Origin: Lachnospiraceae bacterium
GTDB taxonomy: Bacteria > Bacillota > Clostridia > Lachnospirales > Lachnospiraceae
Assembly: GCA_045642905.1 (NCBI GenBank)
Contig: JAZUJT010000046.1
Location: 20,952 to 84,951 of the forward strand
Direction of reading: 5' to 3'
Length of the DNA stretch: 64,000 nt
The notes beneath the pieces were generated by a model, which searched no databases, was not told where the DNA came from, and saw only the letters and a program-made list of their open reading frames with translations. Positions within the stretch are counted from its first letter, which is position 1, and each line of letters starts with the position of its first letter. This document shows, piece by piece, positions 1-9,588 of the stretch. Both the position numbers and the translations under genes were made by a program.

Positions 1-120
1 AAGAGAAGCTGCGCTAAGGCAGGTATCCAGCAGGAAATCCGTAAGCGTGAGCATTATGAGAAGCCCAGCGTAAAGCGTAAGAAGAAGTCTGAAGCAGCCA
101 GAAAGCGTAAATATAACTAA
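1..120 (+). CDS. rpsU: 30S ribosomal protein S21, 3' part (5' end outside window)
   Basis: Frame 1 translates [39 protein letters not shown], the S21 signature (EHYEKPS); not in ORF track because it is truncated. Confidence 0.97.
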   Translation, partial: KRSCAKAGIQQEIRKREHYEKPSVKRKKKSEAARKRKYN

Positions 121-132
121 TCAGATTTTTTT

Positions 133-168
133 AAAGTCCCCGATTTTGTTTCGGGGACTTTTTTCTTT
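133..168 (+). terminator. Intrinsic terminator after rpsU
   Basis: AAAGTCCCCGA/TCGGGGACTTT stem followed by a T-tract. Confidence 0.9.
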
Positions 169-200
169 ATTCTTTTAAGCGTTTATGATATAAATTTCTT

Positions 201-1061
201 ATGCATATGTATATTATTATCTTTATTCTCATAGTGTTGGTTTTGACTTTGGTGGGTGTCATTATTTATGACAGCAACCGTTTTGTCGTTGAAAAATATA
301 TTGTAAGAAACAAACTTATTTCCCAAAACGTTTCTTTTGTCTTCATTTCGGATCTTCACAATAAGGTTTACGGCGAAAATAATCAAAAGCTTATTTTAAA
401 AATCAAGGAGTTGAAACCGGATTTTATCCTTCTGGGCGGAGATATAGTAACCGCAAGACCGGGAAAATCGCTTAAAATCGCTTTTTCCTTGGTTAAGGAG
501 TTGCTTTCGATTGCGCCTGTATATTATGCGATGGGCAATCATGAATACCGCATGAGGCTGTATCCCGAGGTTTACGGTTCGATGTATGACGATTACGTTA
601 AGCTGCTTGACGGTATCGGCATTAAGTTTCTTGATAACGAAAGCATGGATGATTTCGGAATTACCATTACCGGTCTTTCGCTTGAAAGAGAATATTACAG
701 AAGATTTTGTACCGTTAAGATGGAGGAAGACTATATTTCTTCATTAATCGGCAAGAAGAAGGATTCGTTTCAGATTCTTCTTGCGCACAATCCCGATTAT
801 TTTAAAGACTATTGCGCATACGGTTCCGAGCTTATTTTATCGGGACACATTCACGGCGGAATGGTGAGACTTCCGCTTTTGGGCGGCGTTGTTTCGCCGA
901 GAGTTGTTCTTTTTCCCAAGTATGACGGCGGAGTTTACAAAGACGGTTCATCAACGATGATTTTATCGAGGGGGCTTGGAATGCATACTATTCCCATCAG
1001 GTTTAACAACCCCGGTGAGATATCTTATATTACCCTTGAAAAAGAAAAAGAAAACCTATAA
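201..1061 (+). CDS. Membrane-anchored calcineurin-like metallophosphoesterase (YkuE-like)
   Basis: N-terminal TM; motifs SDLH, GGD, GNHE, LAHNP, SGHIHGG; start could be 207. Confidence 0.9.
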   Translation: MHMYIIIFILIVLVLTLVGVIIYDSNRFVVEKYIVRNKLISQNVSFVFISDLHNKVYGENNQKLILKIKELKPDFILLGGDIVTARPGKSLKIAFSLVKELLSIAPVYYAMGNHEYRMRLYPEVYGSMYDDYVKLLDGIGIKFLDNESMDDFGITITGLSLEREYYRRFCTVKMEEDYISSLIGKKKDSFQILLAHNPDYFKDYCAYGSELILSGHIHGGMVRLPLLGGVVSPRVVLFPKYDGGVYKDGSSTMILSRGLGMHTIPIRFNNPGEISYITLEKEKENL

Positions 1062-1122
1062 AATGTTTTTCGTGTGACCGAGAAATTTTTCTTTAGGCCA
1101 ATTTATTTGACGGAGATTTTTT

Positions 1123-1869
1123 ATGCCGATTCCTGTAAAACTTGAAGTTTTCGAAGGCCCTTTGGACCTTTTGCTTCATCTTATTGAAAAGAATAAAGTT
1201 GATATTTATGATATTCCCATTGTAGAGATTACCAATCAATATCTTGAATACATCAAGCTTTTGCAATCACAGGACATGAACGTGATGAGCGAGTTTTTGG
1301 TAATGGCGGCTACTCTTGTCGATATTAAGTGTCGTATGCTTCTTCCCAAAGAGGTTAATGAAGACGGTGAGGAAGAAGATCCCAGAGAGGAACTTGTTGC
1401 CAAACTTTTGGAATACAAGATGTACAAATACATGGCCTTTGAACTTAAAGACATGCAGATTGATGCGGGTTGCTTTGTTACCAAGAAGGAAACGCTTCCC
1501 GATGAGGTCAGAAACTTCAAAGAGCCGATAGATTATAAGGCACTTATTGCCGACATGAATCTTTCAAAGCTTCATGAGATTTTTGACGAACTTTTGAAAC
1601 GCGAAACCGACAAGATTGACCCGATTCGTAACAACTTCGGCAAAATCGAGAAGGAAGCGGTCGACATGGAAGCGAAAGCTTCTTATATAGAAGAATTTAT
1701 CAGGAAAAACAAAAAGTTTTCCTTCAGAAAGCTTTTGCTGAAGCAGAATAGTAAACAGGAGATTATTGTTTCGTTTCTGGTTATCCTGGAACTTATGAAG
1801 GTTGGAAAGATTTCAATCGTTCAGGATAATCTTTTTGATGATATTATGATTTCTTCAAATGAATGTTAG
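1123..1869 (+). CDS. scpA: Segregation and condensation protein A
   Basis: FEGPLDLLLHLI motif; adjacent to scpB. Confidence 0.97.
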   Translation: MPIPVKLEVFEGPLDLLLHLIEKNKVDIYDIPIVEITNQYLEYIKLLQSQDMNVMSEFLVMAATLVDIKCRMLLPKEVNEDGEEEDPREELVAKLLEYKMYKYMAFELKDMQIDAGCFVTKKETLPDEVRNFKEPIDYKALIADMNLSKLHEIFDELLKRETDKIDPIRNNFGKIEKEAVDMEAKASYIEEFIRKNKKFSFRKLLLKQNSKQEIIVSFLVILELMKVGKISIVQDNLFDDIMISSNEC

Positions 1870-1879
1870 GAGTTTATAA

Positions 1880-2449
1880 ATGGAAAGACAGGAAAAACTT
1901 GCCACAATAGAAGCCATATTGTTTGCAATGGGTGATTCGGTTGAAGTATCCAAGTTATCATCGGTTTTGGAAATCGAAGAAGACGAAGCCAATGAACTTA
2001 TCGATGAGCTTTCAAAAAGATATGAAGGCCCCGAATGCGGTATTGAACTTATAAGACTTGAAGACAGTGTTCAGCTTGTTACGAAAGCGGGAATGTATGA
2101 ATCGCTTATTAAGATTGCGAAGGTTCCCAAGAAGATGGTTCTTTCGGATTCGGTTATCGAAACACTTTCAATTGTAGCCTATAAGCAGCCCATCACCAGA
2201 ATTGAAATTGAAAATATAAGAGGTGTCAGCTGCGATTTCCAGATAAACAAGCTTTTGGAATACAATCTTATTGAGGAACTCGGCAGAAAGGATGCGCCCG
2301 GTCGCCCCATTCTTTTCGGTACGACGGAAGAGTTCTTAAGAAGCTTCGGTGTTAAGAGCCTTAAGGAGTTGCCGGAAATGAATACGTTGCAGCTGGAAGA
2401 ATTTAAACGCCAGGCCGAACAGGAAGTTCAGATGTCGCTTCCAATATAA
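1880..2449 (+). CDS. scpB: Segregation and condensation protein B
   Basis: ETLSIVAYKQPITR, IRGV, GRKDAPGRPILFGTT motifs. Confidence 0.97.
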   Translation: MERQEKLATIEAILFAMGDSVEVSKLSSVLEIEEDEANELIDELSKRYEGPECGIELIRLEDSVQLVTKAGMYESLIKIAKVPKKMVLSDSVIETLSIVAYKQPITRIEIENIRGVSCDFQINKLLEYNLIEELGRKDAPGRPILFGTTEEFLRSFGVKSLKELPEMNTLQLEEFKRQAEQEVQMSLPI

Positions 2450-2462
2450 TTTTTGCTGTTTC

Positions 2463-2494
2463 AAGGAATCCTTTTACGGGTTCCTTTTTCTTTT
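2463..2494 (+). terminator. Intrinsic terminator after scpB
   Basis: AAGGAATCC/GGGTTCCTT stem plus T-tract. Confidence 0.75.
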
Positions 2495-2590
2495 GCCCAA
2501 AGAAAATTTAAAGGACACAGAATGTTCATTTTCTTGAGCAAGGAATAAGAATAAGTTAGCAATTATTTCTTTACTTTTAAGGTTGCATTA

Positions 2591-2599
2591 TGCTATACT
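2591..2599 (+). promoter_or_regulatory. Extended -10 element of decarboxylase operon
   Basis: TGcTATACT about 55 nt upstream of ATG 2653; GGAGG RBS follows. Confidence 0.5.
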
Positions 2600-2652
2600 A
2601 CCTTCCGAATGTGGTTTATTATGTATTCTAATATAAATGGAGGTAAAACCAA

Positions 2653-4080
2653 ATGAGTAACTCTTCAAAAGCGGGCCAGAGAATTGCTTCCCTGCTCGAT
2701 GAAAACAGTTTCGTTGAAATTGGCGCTCTTGTAACTGCAAGAAATACCGATTTTACTTCGAAACAGGTCGATGCTCCTTCTGACGGTGTTATTACCGGAT
2801 ACGGACTTATCGACGGAAAACTTGTTTATGTGTATAGCCAGGATGCTTCTGTTTCAAACGGAACAGTTGGTGAAATGCATGCAAGAAAGATTGCCAATCT
2901 TTATGATATGGCATTAAAGATGGGTGCACCTATCATTGCTTTACTTGATTCTGCAGGACTTCGTCTTGAGGAATCGACAGATGCCCTTGACGCAATGGCT
3001 TCAATCTACAATAAGCAGGCTATGGCTTCAGGCGTAATCCCCCAGATTGCCGCAGTATTCGGCAATTGCGGAGGCGGTCTTGCTATTAGCAGCGCAATGG
3101 CAGATTTTACTTTTGTTGAGGAGAAGAACGGTAAGTTATTTGTAAATTCTCCCAACGCACTTGATGGAAATTATACAGCAAAATGTGATACTGCTTCAGC
3201 AGAAAACGTTTGCAAGAGCGGTGTTGCTACCGCTAAGGGAGACGAGGATTTCGTTCTTTCAAGCATTCGCGAGCTTGTATCTGTTTTGCCTTCTAACAAT
3301 GATGCTAAAGAAGACTATGCAGAAACCGAAGATGATCTTAACAGAGCATGTCAGGGTATCGAAGGCTGCGTAGGCGATACAGCTATTCTTATTTCTCAGA
3401 TCGCAGATGACAATAACTTCGTTGAAGTTAAGGCTGATTTTGCAAAGTCCATGGTTACAGGATTCATCAGACTTAACGGAAATACTGTTGGTGTTGTAGC
3501 TAACAGAACAGAAGTTTACGGAGAAGACGGAAAGGTTGCTGAAAAGTTTGATAACGTTTTATGTCCTTGCGGATGTGAAAAGGCTTCAGCTTTCATTAAC
3601 TTCTGCGATGCATTCTCTATTCCCGTTCTTTCATTTACAAATGTTGCAGGCTTCAAGGCTACCAAGGAAGCTGAACAGAAGATGGCCAAGGCTGCCGCAA
3701 AACTTACTTTTGCTTTTGCCAATGCTACTGTTCCGAAGGTTAACGTTGTTATCGGAAAGGCATTCGGAAGCGCTTATACAGCAATGAACTCAAAGGCTAT
3801 CGGATGTGATCTTACAATCGCTTGGCCAAATGCCGAAATCGGTACAATGGATGCCAAGATGGCTGCAAAGATTATGTTTGCCGGCGAAGCTTCCGAAGTT
3901 ATTGATGCTAAGGCTGCTGAATATGCTGCATTACAGAACAATGTTGTTTCTGCAGCTAAGAGAGGATATGTTGACCAGATCGTTGAGCCTTGTGACACAA
4001 GAAAGTACGTAATCGGTGCTTTCGAAATGCTTTATACAAAGCTTGAAGATCGTCCCGCAAAGAAGCACGGCACAATCTAA
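2653..4080 (+). CDS. Acyl-CoA carboxyltransferase (MmdA/PccB-like, divergent)
   Basis: DGVITGYG, YSQD, GEMHARKI, GFIRLNG..VGVVAN, AAKRGYVD, KKHG motifs of the carboxyl-transferase family. Confidence 0.9.
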   Translation: MSNSSKAGQRIASLLDENSFVEIGALVTARNTDFTSKQVDAPSDGVITGYGLIDGKLVYVYSQDASVSNGTVGEMHARKIANLYDMALKMGAPIIALLDSAGLRLEESTDALDAMASIYNKQAMASGVIPQIAAVFGNCGGGLAISSAMADFTFVEEKNGKLFVNSPNALDGNYTAKCDTASAENVCKSGVATAKGDEDFVLSSIRELVSVLPSNNDAKEDYAETEDDLNRACQGIEGCVGDTAILISQIADDNNFVEVKADFAKSMVTGFIRLNGNTVGVVANRTEVYGEDGKVAEKFDNVLCPCGCEKASAFINFCDAFSIPVLSFTNVAGFKATKEAEQKMAKAAAKLTFAFANATVPKVNVVIGKAFGSAYTAMNSKAIGCDLTIAWPNAEIGTMDAKMAAKIMFAGEASEVIDAKAAEYAALQNNVVSAAKRGYVDQIVEPCDTRKYVIGAFEMLYTKLEDRPAKKHGTI

Positions 4081-4099
4081 CAGAAAGGTGATAATACAT

Positions 4100-4903
4100 A
4101 TGAAAAAATTACTTTCATTTTTATGTGTACTTACCTGCGTATTTGCTTTAACCGCTTGCGGAAGCCAGACGACTCTTTCGGATGTTGAGAATCAGAAGGT
4201 TCAGTATTGTCAACAGTATGCCGACAATATTTTTGCGTTGGCACAGGCTTATGGTAATCCCGAGTCTATCGAGGAACTTACGACTAATTACAATAAGCAG
4301 GAACTTGCTTATTTCTTCCAGTCATTGTTCTACAGCCAGTTCGGTAATTCAATCGAAGCCGAATTCGGAGCTTTTGAGGGACTTCTTACCACATACAACA
4401 ACACTGTTGATGCCATGGGCGGAATTGTTTCCACAGGTAACAGCACATATGATATTAACGGTAAGGAAATTACAATTTCAATGCCTCTTGAAGGTGTAAA
4501 TTGTAACGGTACTTATGTTGTTACATTTACAAATGATATATTCACAAAATTTGTTTCAGGTGAGTTTACCGCAAAGACATCTATTTCGCAGAAACTTTCT
4601 GAGGCAGGCAAGCATATGGGAAATGCCGGACTTAACACAGTTCTTGGTATGGGTACCGTATTTATTTTGCTTATTCTTATTTCCGGAATTATTGCTTCAT
4701 TCAATTTATTTAACGGCGATAAGAAGAAGGCTTCACCCGCAAAGGTTGAAACAGTATCAAATACAGTAGAAGAGAGTGAAGAACTTTCAGATGATACTGA
4801 ATTAGTAGCAGTTATTATGGCAGCAATCAGTGCATATGAAGGAAATGCTTCTACTGATGGCTTTGTCGTAAGATCTATCAGAAGAGCAAACAGGAGGAAC
4901 TAA
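4100..4903 (+). CDS. oadG: OadG-family (gamma/delta) decarboxylase subunit with N-terminal lipoprotein domain
   Basis: Start reassigned to ATG 4100 (RBS AAGGTG); lipobox LTAC; C-terminal TM (GMGTVF) and DDTELVAVIMAAI...FVVRSIRR signature. Confidence 0.85.
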   Translation: MKKLLSFLCVLTCVFALTACGSQTTLSDVENQKVQYCQQYADNIFALAQAYGNPESIEELTTNYNKQELAYFFQSLFYSQFGNSIEAEFGAFEGLLTTYNNTVDAMGGIVSTGNSTYDINGKEITISMPLEGVNCNGTYVVTFTNDIFTKFVSGEFTAKTSISQKLSEAGKHMGNAGLNTVLGMGTVFILLILISGIIASFNLFNGDKKKASPAKVETVSNTVEESEELSDDTELVAVIMAAISAYEGNASTDGFVVRSIRRANRRN

Positions 4904-4905
4904 TA

Positions 4906-5274
4906 ATGAAAAACTATACCATTACCGTTAACGGAAATGTTTATGACGTAACAGTTGAAGAAGGTGCAGGCGCACCCGTAGCAGCAGCACCCAAGGCAGC
5001 ACCCAAGGCAGCCCCCAAGGCAGCACCCGCAGCTCCCAAGGCTGCAGCAGGCGCACAGGGCGGAGTTAAGGTTGAAGCCGGTGCAGCAGGAAAGGTATTC
5101 AAGATTGAAAAGAACGTTGGAGATGCAGTAAAGAAGGGTGATGCAGTTGTTATCATCGAAGCTATGAAGATGGAAATCCCCGTAGTTGCACCCGAAGATG
5201 GAACAGTTGCATCTGTTAACGTATCAGTTGGTGATGCAATTGAAGCAGGAGCAGTACTCGCAACATTAAAATAA
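4906..5274 (+). CDS. Biotin carboxyl carrier subunit
   Basis: EAMKME biotinylation motif; Ala/Pro linker; YTITVNGNVYDV N-terminus. Confidence 0.95.
   Translation: MKNYTITVNGNVYDVTVEEGAGAPVAAAPKAAPKAAPKAAPAAPKAAAGAQGGVKVEAGAAGKVFKIEKNVGDAVKKGDAVVIIEAMKMEIPVVAPEDGTVASVNVSVGDAIEAGAVLATLK
4987..5022 (+). repeat. 3 x 12-nt coding repeat (APKA linker)
   Basis: GCACCCAAGGCA x2 plus GCCCCCAAGGCA. Confidence 0.8.
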
Positions 5275-5295
5275 TTTACCGGGAGGAATTAATCA

Positions 5296-6444
5296 ATGTC
5301 TTATATTTTAAATACTTTAGACAACCTGGTACATCAGACAGCATTCTTTAACCTCACTTGGGGTAACTACCTTATGATTGCGGTTGCTTGTTTCTTCCTT
5401 TATCTTGCAATTGCCAAGGAATTCGAACCCCTTTTGTTATTGCCGATTGCATTCGGTATGTTACTTGTTAACATTTATCCCGACATCATCGCTCCTCCTG
5501 GAAGCGACGGTTCGGCAGGTGGATTATTGTATTACTTCTATGTACTTGATGAATGGGCTATCTTACCTTCCCTTATCTTTATGGGAGTAGGAGCCATGAC
5601 AGACTTTGGTCCCCTTATTGCTAACCCCAAGAGCTTCTGGCTCGGAGCTGCAGCACAGTTTGGTATTTTCGCTGCTTACTTCGGAGCTATCGCTTTAGGA
5701 TTTAATGATAAGGCAGCTGCAGCTATCTCCATTATCGGTGGTGCTGACGGACCTACATCCATTTTCCTTGCCGGAAAACTTGGACAGACTAACTTACTTG
5801 GACCTATCGCAGTTGCTGCATATTCGTACATGTCACTTGTACCGATTATTCAGCCCCCGATTATGAAGCTTCTTACTACCGAGAAGGAACGTAAGATTAA
5901 AATGGCTCAGTTACGTCCTGTATCTAAGTTAGAGAAGATTTTGTTCCCTATTATCGTTACTATAGTTGTTTGTATGATTCTTCCTACAACAGCTCCCCTT
6001 GTTGGTATGCTTATGCTTGGTAACCTCTTCAAGGAGTCAGGTGTAGTTAGACAGCTTACAGAAACAGCTTCAAATGCAATGATGTATATCGTAGTTATCT
6101 TACTCGGTACTTCAGTCGGCGCTACAACAAGTGCAGAAGCATTCCTTAACTTCGGTACTATTAAGATCGTTGTTTTAGGTCTTGTTGCTTTCGCATTCGG
6201 TACGGCTGCCGGTGTATTGTTCGGTAAGTTAATGTGCGTACTTACACATGGTAAGGTTAACCCGCTTATCGGTTCTGCAGGTGTTTCTGCGGTTCCTATG
6301 GCAGCTCGTGTATCTCAGAAGGTTGGTGCTGAGGCAGATCCTACAAACTTCCTTCTTATGCACGCTATGGGTCCTAACGTTGCAGGTGTTATCGGTACCG
6401 CAGTTGTTGCCGGTACATTTATGGCTATTTTCGGAGTATTCTAA
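5296..6444 (+). CDS. oadB: Na+-translocating decarboxylase beta subunit
   Basis: FEPLLLLPI, IIGGADGPTSIF, AVPMAARV, HAMGPNVAGVIG motifs. Confidence 0.96.
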   Translation: MSYILNTLDNLVHQTAFFNLTWGNYLMIAVACFFLYLAIAKEFEPLLLLPIAFGMLLVNIYPDIIAPPGSDGSAGGLLYYFYVLDEWAILPSLIFMGVGAMTDFGPLIANPKSFWLGAAAQFGIFAAYFGAIALGFNDKAAAAISIIGGADGPTSIFLAGKLGQTNLLGPIAVAAYSYMSLVPIIQPPIMKLLTTEKERKIKMAQLRPVSKLEKILFPIIVTIVVCMILPTTAPLVGMLMLGNLFKESGVVRQLTETASNAMMYIVVILLGTSVGATTSAEAFLNFGTIKIVVLGLVAFAFGTAAGVLFGKLMCVLTHGKVNPLIGSAGVSAVPMAARVSQKVGAEADPTNFLLMHAMGPNVAGVIGTAVVAGTFMAIFGVF

Positions 6445-6500
6445 GATTAATCTTATGAATGCTTATGTCTATTGAATATACTAATAAGGAGAAAATAAAA

Positions 6501-7937
6501 ATGGCAGAAATTGAAAAGAAACCTGTTGGCATTACCGAAACAGTTCTCCGTGATGCTCATCAGTCTTTAATTCCAACCAGAATGCCTACCGAAATCATGC
6601 TTCCCATTCTTGATAAGCTTGATAAAGTTGGTTATCACTCAGTAGAGTGCTGGGGCGGTGCTACATTCGATGCTTCTTTAAGATTCTTAAAAGAAGATCC
6701 CTGGGAGAGACTTCGCAAGATTCGTGACGGTCTCAAGAATACTAAGACTCAGATGTTATTCCGTGGACAGAATATCCTTGGATATCGTCCTTACGCAGAT
6801 GACGTTGTATATGCTTTCGTTGAGAAGTCTATTTCAAACGGTATTGATATCATTCGTATCTTTGACTGCTTGAATGACTTAAGAAACTTACAGGCTGCAG
6901 TAGATGCTACAAACAAGATCAAAAAGCAGGAAGGACGCGGCGAAGCTCAGGTTGCTCTTTCTTACACATTAGGTGATGCTTATACTCTTGAGTATTGGGC
7001 AGATACAGCAAAGAAGATTGAAGAGATGGGTGCAGATTCCATCTGTATCAAGGATATGGCAGGTCTTCTTGTTCCTTACAAGGCTGCAGAGCTTGTTAAG
7101 GCTATGAAGGAGAACACAAAGCTTCCTATCCAGTTACATACACACTACACATCAGGTGTTGCTTCAATGACATACCTTAAGGCTGTTGAAGCAGGTGTTG
7201 ACGTAATCGACTGTGCAATGAGCCCCTTCGCTATGGGTACATCACAGCCCGCAACAGAAGTTATGGTTGAAACCTTTAAGGGAACTCCTTACGATACAGG
7301 ATTCGATCAGAACCTTCTTGCTGAAATCGCAAATCACTTCGCTCCTTACAGAGAAGAGTGCTTAAAGTCAGGCCTTATGTCTACAAAGGTTCTTGGCGTA
7401 AACATCAAGACATTACTTTACCAGGTACCCGGCGGTATGCTTTCAAACATGGTTTCACAGCTTAAGGAACAGCATGCTGAAGATAAGTTCCAGGAAGTTC
7501 TTGAAGAGATCCCGAGAGTTCGTAAGGACTGCGGTGAGCCTCCGCTTGTTACTCCTTCTTCACAGATTGTTGGTACACAGGCTATCTTCAACGTACTTAT
7601 GGGCGAAAGATATAAGATGGCTACAGGCGAGTTTAAGGATTTGCTTCGTGGTAACTACGGTCAGACCGTTAAGCCTATGAGCCAGGAAGTAATCGATAAG
7701 GTTATCCCCGGTGAACCCAGATCTACAGCTCGTTCAGCTGAAGCTACAGGCCGTACAAAGCCCGAGCTTGATTCACTTGAAGCTGAAATGAAGCAGTACA
7801 AGCAGCAGGATGAAGACGTTCTTTCATACGCTTTGTTCCCTCAGGTTGCTACTGACTTCTTTAAGTATCGTGAAGCTCAGCAGACAAAGGTTGATGTTGC
7901 CTCTGCTGATACCAAGAATGGTGCTTACCCTGTTTAA
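6501..7937 (+). CDS. oadA: Oxaloacetate decarboxylase alpha / transcarboxylase-5S-type keto-acid carboxyltransferase, without its own biotin domain
   Basis: RDAHQS, ECWGGATFD, IKDMAG, HTH, QVPGGM, PPLVTPSSQIVG; start at 6501 after AAGGAG. Confidence 0.93.
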   Translation: MAEIEKKPVGITETVLRDAHQSLIPTRMPTEIMLPILDKLDKVGYHSVECWGGATFDASLRFLKEDPWERLRKIRDGLKNTKTQMLFRGQNILGYRPYADDVVYAFVEKSISNGIDIIRIFDCLNDLRNLQAAVDATNKIKKQEGRGEAQVALSYTLGDAYTLEYWADTAKKIEEMGADSICIKDMAGLLVPYKAAELVKAMKENTKLPIQLHTHYTSGVASMTYLKAVEAGVDVIDCAMSPFAMGTSQPATEVMVETFKGTPYDTGFDQNLLAEIANHFAPYREECLKSGLMSTKVLGVNIKTLLYQVPGGMLSNMVSQLKEQHAEDKFQEVLEEIPRVRKDCGEPPLVTPSSQIVGTQAIFNVLMGERYKMATGEFKDLLRGNYGQTVKPMSQEVIDKVIPGEPRSTARSAEATGRTKPELDSLEAEMKQYKQQDEDVLSYALFPQVATDFFKYREAQQTKVDVASADTKNGAYPV

Positions 7938-7950
7938 TTATTAAAAAATT

Positions 7951-7982
7951 ACTGCCGAAGCTTATGCTTCGGCAGTTTTTTT
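7951..7982 (+). terminator. Intrinsic terminator of decarboxylase operon
   Basis: ACTGCCGAAGC/GCTTCGGCAGT stem plus T-tract. Confidence 0.92.
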
Positions 7983-7983
7983 G

Positions 7984-8024
7984 TTGTTAAATGAACGATT
8001 TGATAGTATAATAACGATTGTTAT
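7984..8024 (+). promoter_or_regulatory. Sigma-A promoter with overlapping inverted repeat (candidate TetR operator)
   Basis: TTGTTA-17-TATAAT (8007-8012); ATAAC-GATT-GTTAT at 8011-8024. Confidence 0.55.
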
Positions 8025-8086
8025 CTCGACTTTATATTTATGGTACCGGGTTAGAGTGATGAATTTATTTTTTCAGGGGGTTAATA

Positions 8087-8638
8087 ATGGCCAGAAAAGA
8101 ACTGATAAGTAAAGCGGATTTGGAGAATGCCGCTTTTTCAATGACCAGAGAGCAGGGCATCAATGAAGTTACTGCAAGAAAGCTTGCTTCTTATGCCGGT
8201 TGCTCGACACAGCCTATTTTCCGTCACTTTTCGGGAATGGACGAGTGTATTGATACTGTTTTTGACAGAAGTCTTTTATTCTTTGATGAATTTTACAGGC
8301 AATACGGTAAGAAGAGCCGTGTAGCGTTTGTGAATCTTGGTATGGCATATATTTCTTTTGCCGAAAAAGAACCGAATCTTTTTTCTTTTCTTTTTATTAA
8401 TGATAAATCCAATAAGGTTAATCTTTATTCCAAGCTAAACTCAAGAACCGGAGCCGTTATGAGTGAAATGAATTCCGCTCGGGCCGACGGTGTTAAGAAT
8501 CCCGAGTTGATTTTCATGAAAATGTGGATGCTTATTCACGGTGCGGCGTGTATGACAATTACCGGTGATTACGACCTTTCCAAGGATGAAACCAAGGAAC
8601 AGCTCGAACAGGCTTATAAGGCATTTATTAATATTTGA
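8087..8638 (+). CDS. TetR/AcrR family transcriptional regulator
   Basis: N-terminal HTH VTARKLA..AGCSTQPIFRHF; C-terminal W..IHG. Confidence 0.9.
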   Translation: MARKELISKADLENAAFSMTREQGINEVTARKLASYAGCSTQPIFRHFSGMDECIDTVFDRSLLFFDEFYRQYGKKSRVAFVNLGMAYISFAEKEPNLFSFLFINDKSNKVNLYSKLNSRTGAVMSEMNSARADGVKNPELIFMKMWMLIHGAACMTITGDYDLSKDETKEQLEQAYKAFINI

Positions 8639-8655
8639 TTTTGTGAGGTTTTTTA

Positions 8656-9588
8656 GTGGACGAGAATAATCTTTTATCATTAATTAATGAAAAATATCCT
8701 AAGTTAAGTAAAGGCCACAAGCTTATTGCGGCATATATTGTTGACAGATACGATCAGGCAGTTTTTATGACGGCCGCAAAGCTTGGCGAAACGGTAGGTG
8801 TAAGTGAGTCTACCGTCGTACGTTTTGCGACTGCGCTGGGGTTTGACGGTTATCCCGAATTTACCGAGGCTTTAACAGACTGGTACAAAGACAAGATGAA
8901 CGGCATTCAGAAAATCGGTGTAAAGTACGGTAAAAGTTCACAGTCCGAACTTATTACTTCGGTTTTGCATGCGGATATTGAGAAGATTGAAGATACTATT
9001 GAAAATCTTGATGTTAACGCTTTTGAAACAGCTGTCGATATTATTTTAAAGTCCAAAAAGATTTATGTTGTAGGTATTCGTTCATGCGAACCTTTGGCAG
9101 AGTTTTTGCAGTTTTATCTTAATATGATTCGCCCGGATGTATACCTATTAAAGACCACCAGCGCAAGTGAAATGTTTGAACAGATGATTCGAATTTCCGC
9201 GGATGACTGTCTTATCGGTATAAGTTTTCCGAGATATTCAATGCGTACTTTAAAGGCACTTGAATTTGCAAGGGACAGAAATGCCAACATTATTTCGATT
9301 ACGGATTCCATTCATTCACCCATGAATCTTTATTCGTCATGTAATTTATTGGCAAGAAGCGACATGGTTTCGATTGTTGATTCTCTTGTTGCTCCGTTAA
9401 GCGTTATTAATGCCCTTGTCGTTGCATTATGCCTTAAGCTTCCCGATGAGGTTAAGAAGAATCTCGAGACTCTTGAAGAAGTTTGGGCCAATTATCAGAT
9501 TTATCTTAATGATGAGATTAACTTTATTGATGATGAACCTGTCTTGAATTATTCACTCAACAAGAATACGGATGAGGTGGATGACTGA
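8656..9588 (+). CDS. MurR/RpiR family regulator (HTH + SIS)
   Basis: LSKGHKLIA, VSESTVVRFATALGFDG, ISFPRYS, ITDS; GTG start. Confidence 0.93.
   Translation: MDENNLLSLINEKYPKLSKGHKLIAAYIVDRYDQAVFMTAAKLGETVGVSESTVVRFATALGFDGYPEFTEALTDWYKDKMNGIQKIGVKYGKSSQSELITSVLHADIEKIEDTIENLDVNAFETAVDIILKSKKIYVVGIRSCEPLAEFLQFYLNMIRPDVYLLKTTSASEMFEQMIRISADDCLIGISFPRYSMRTLKALEFARDRNANIISITDSIHSPMNLYSSCNLLARSDMVSIVDSLVAPLSVINALVVALCLKLPDEVKKNLETLEEVWANYQIYLNDEINFIDDEPVLNYSLNKNTDEVDD

Noticed and set aside
2521-2541. Possible Rex box upstream of the decarboxylase operon (TGTTCA-N6-TGAGCA)
   Set aside because: Spacing and sequence do not fit TTGTTAA-N4-TTAACAA
4016-4099. Longer OadG start given by the ORF track
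   Set aside because: Overlaps the upstream gene by 65 nt; ATG 4100 has an RBS and begins a proper signal peptide
4987-5022. APKA tandem repeat as a contingency locus
   Set aside because: In-frame 12-nt units in an ordinary Ala/Pro biotin-carrier linker
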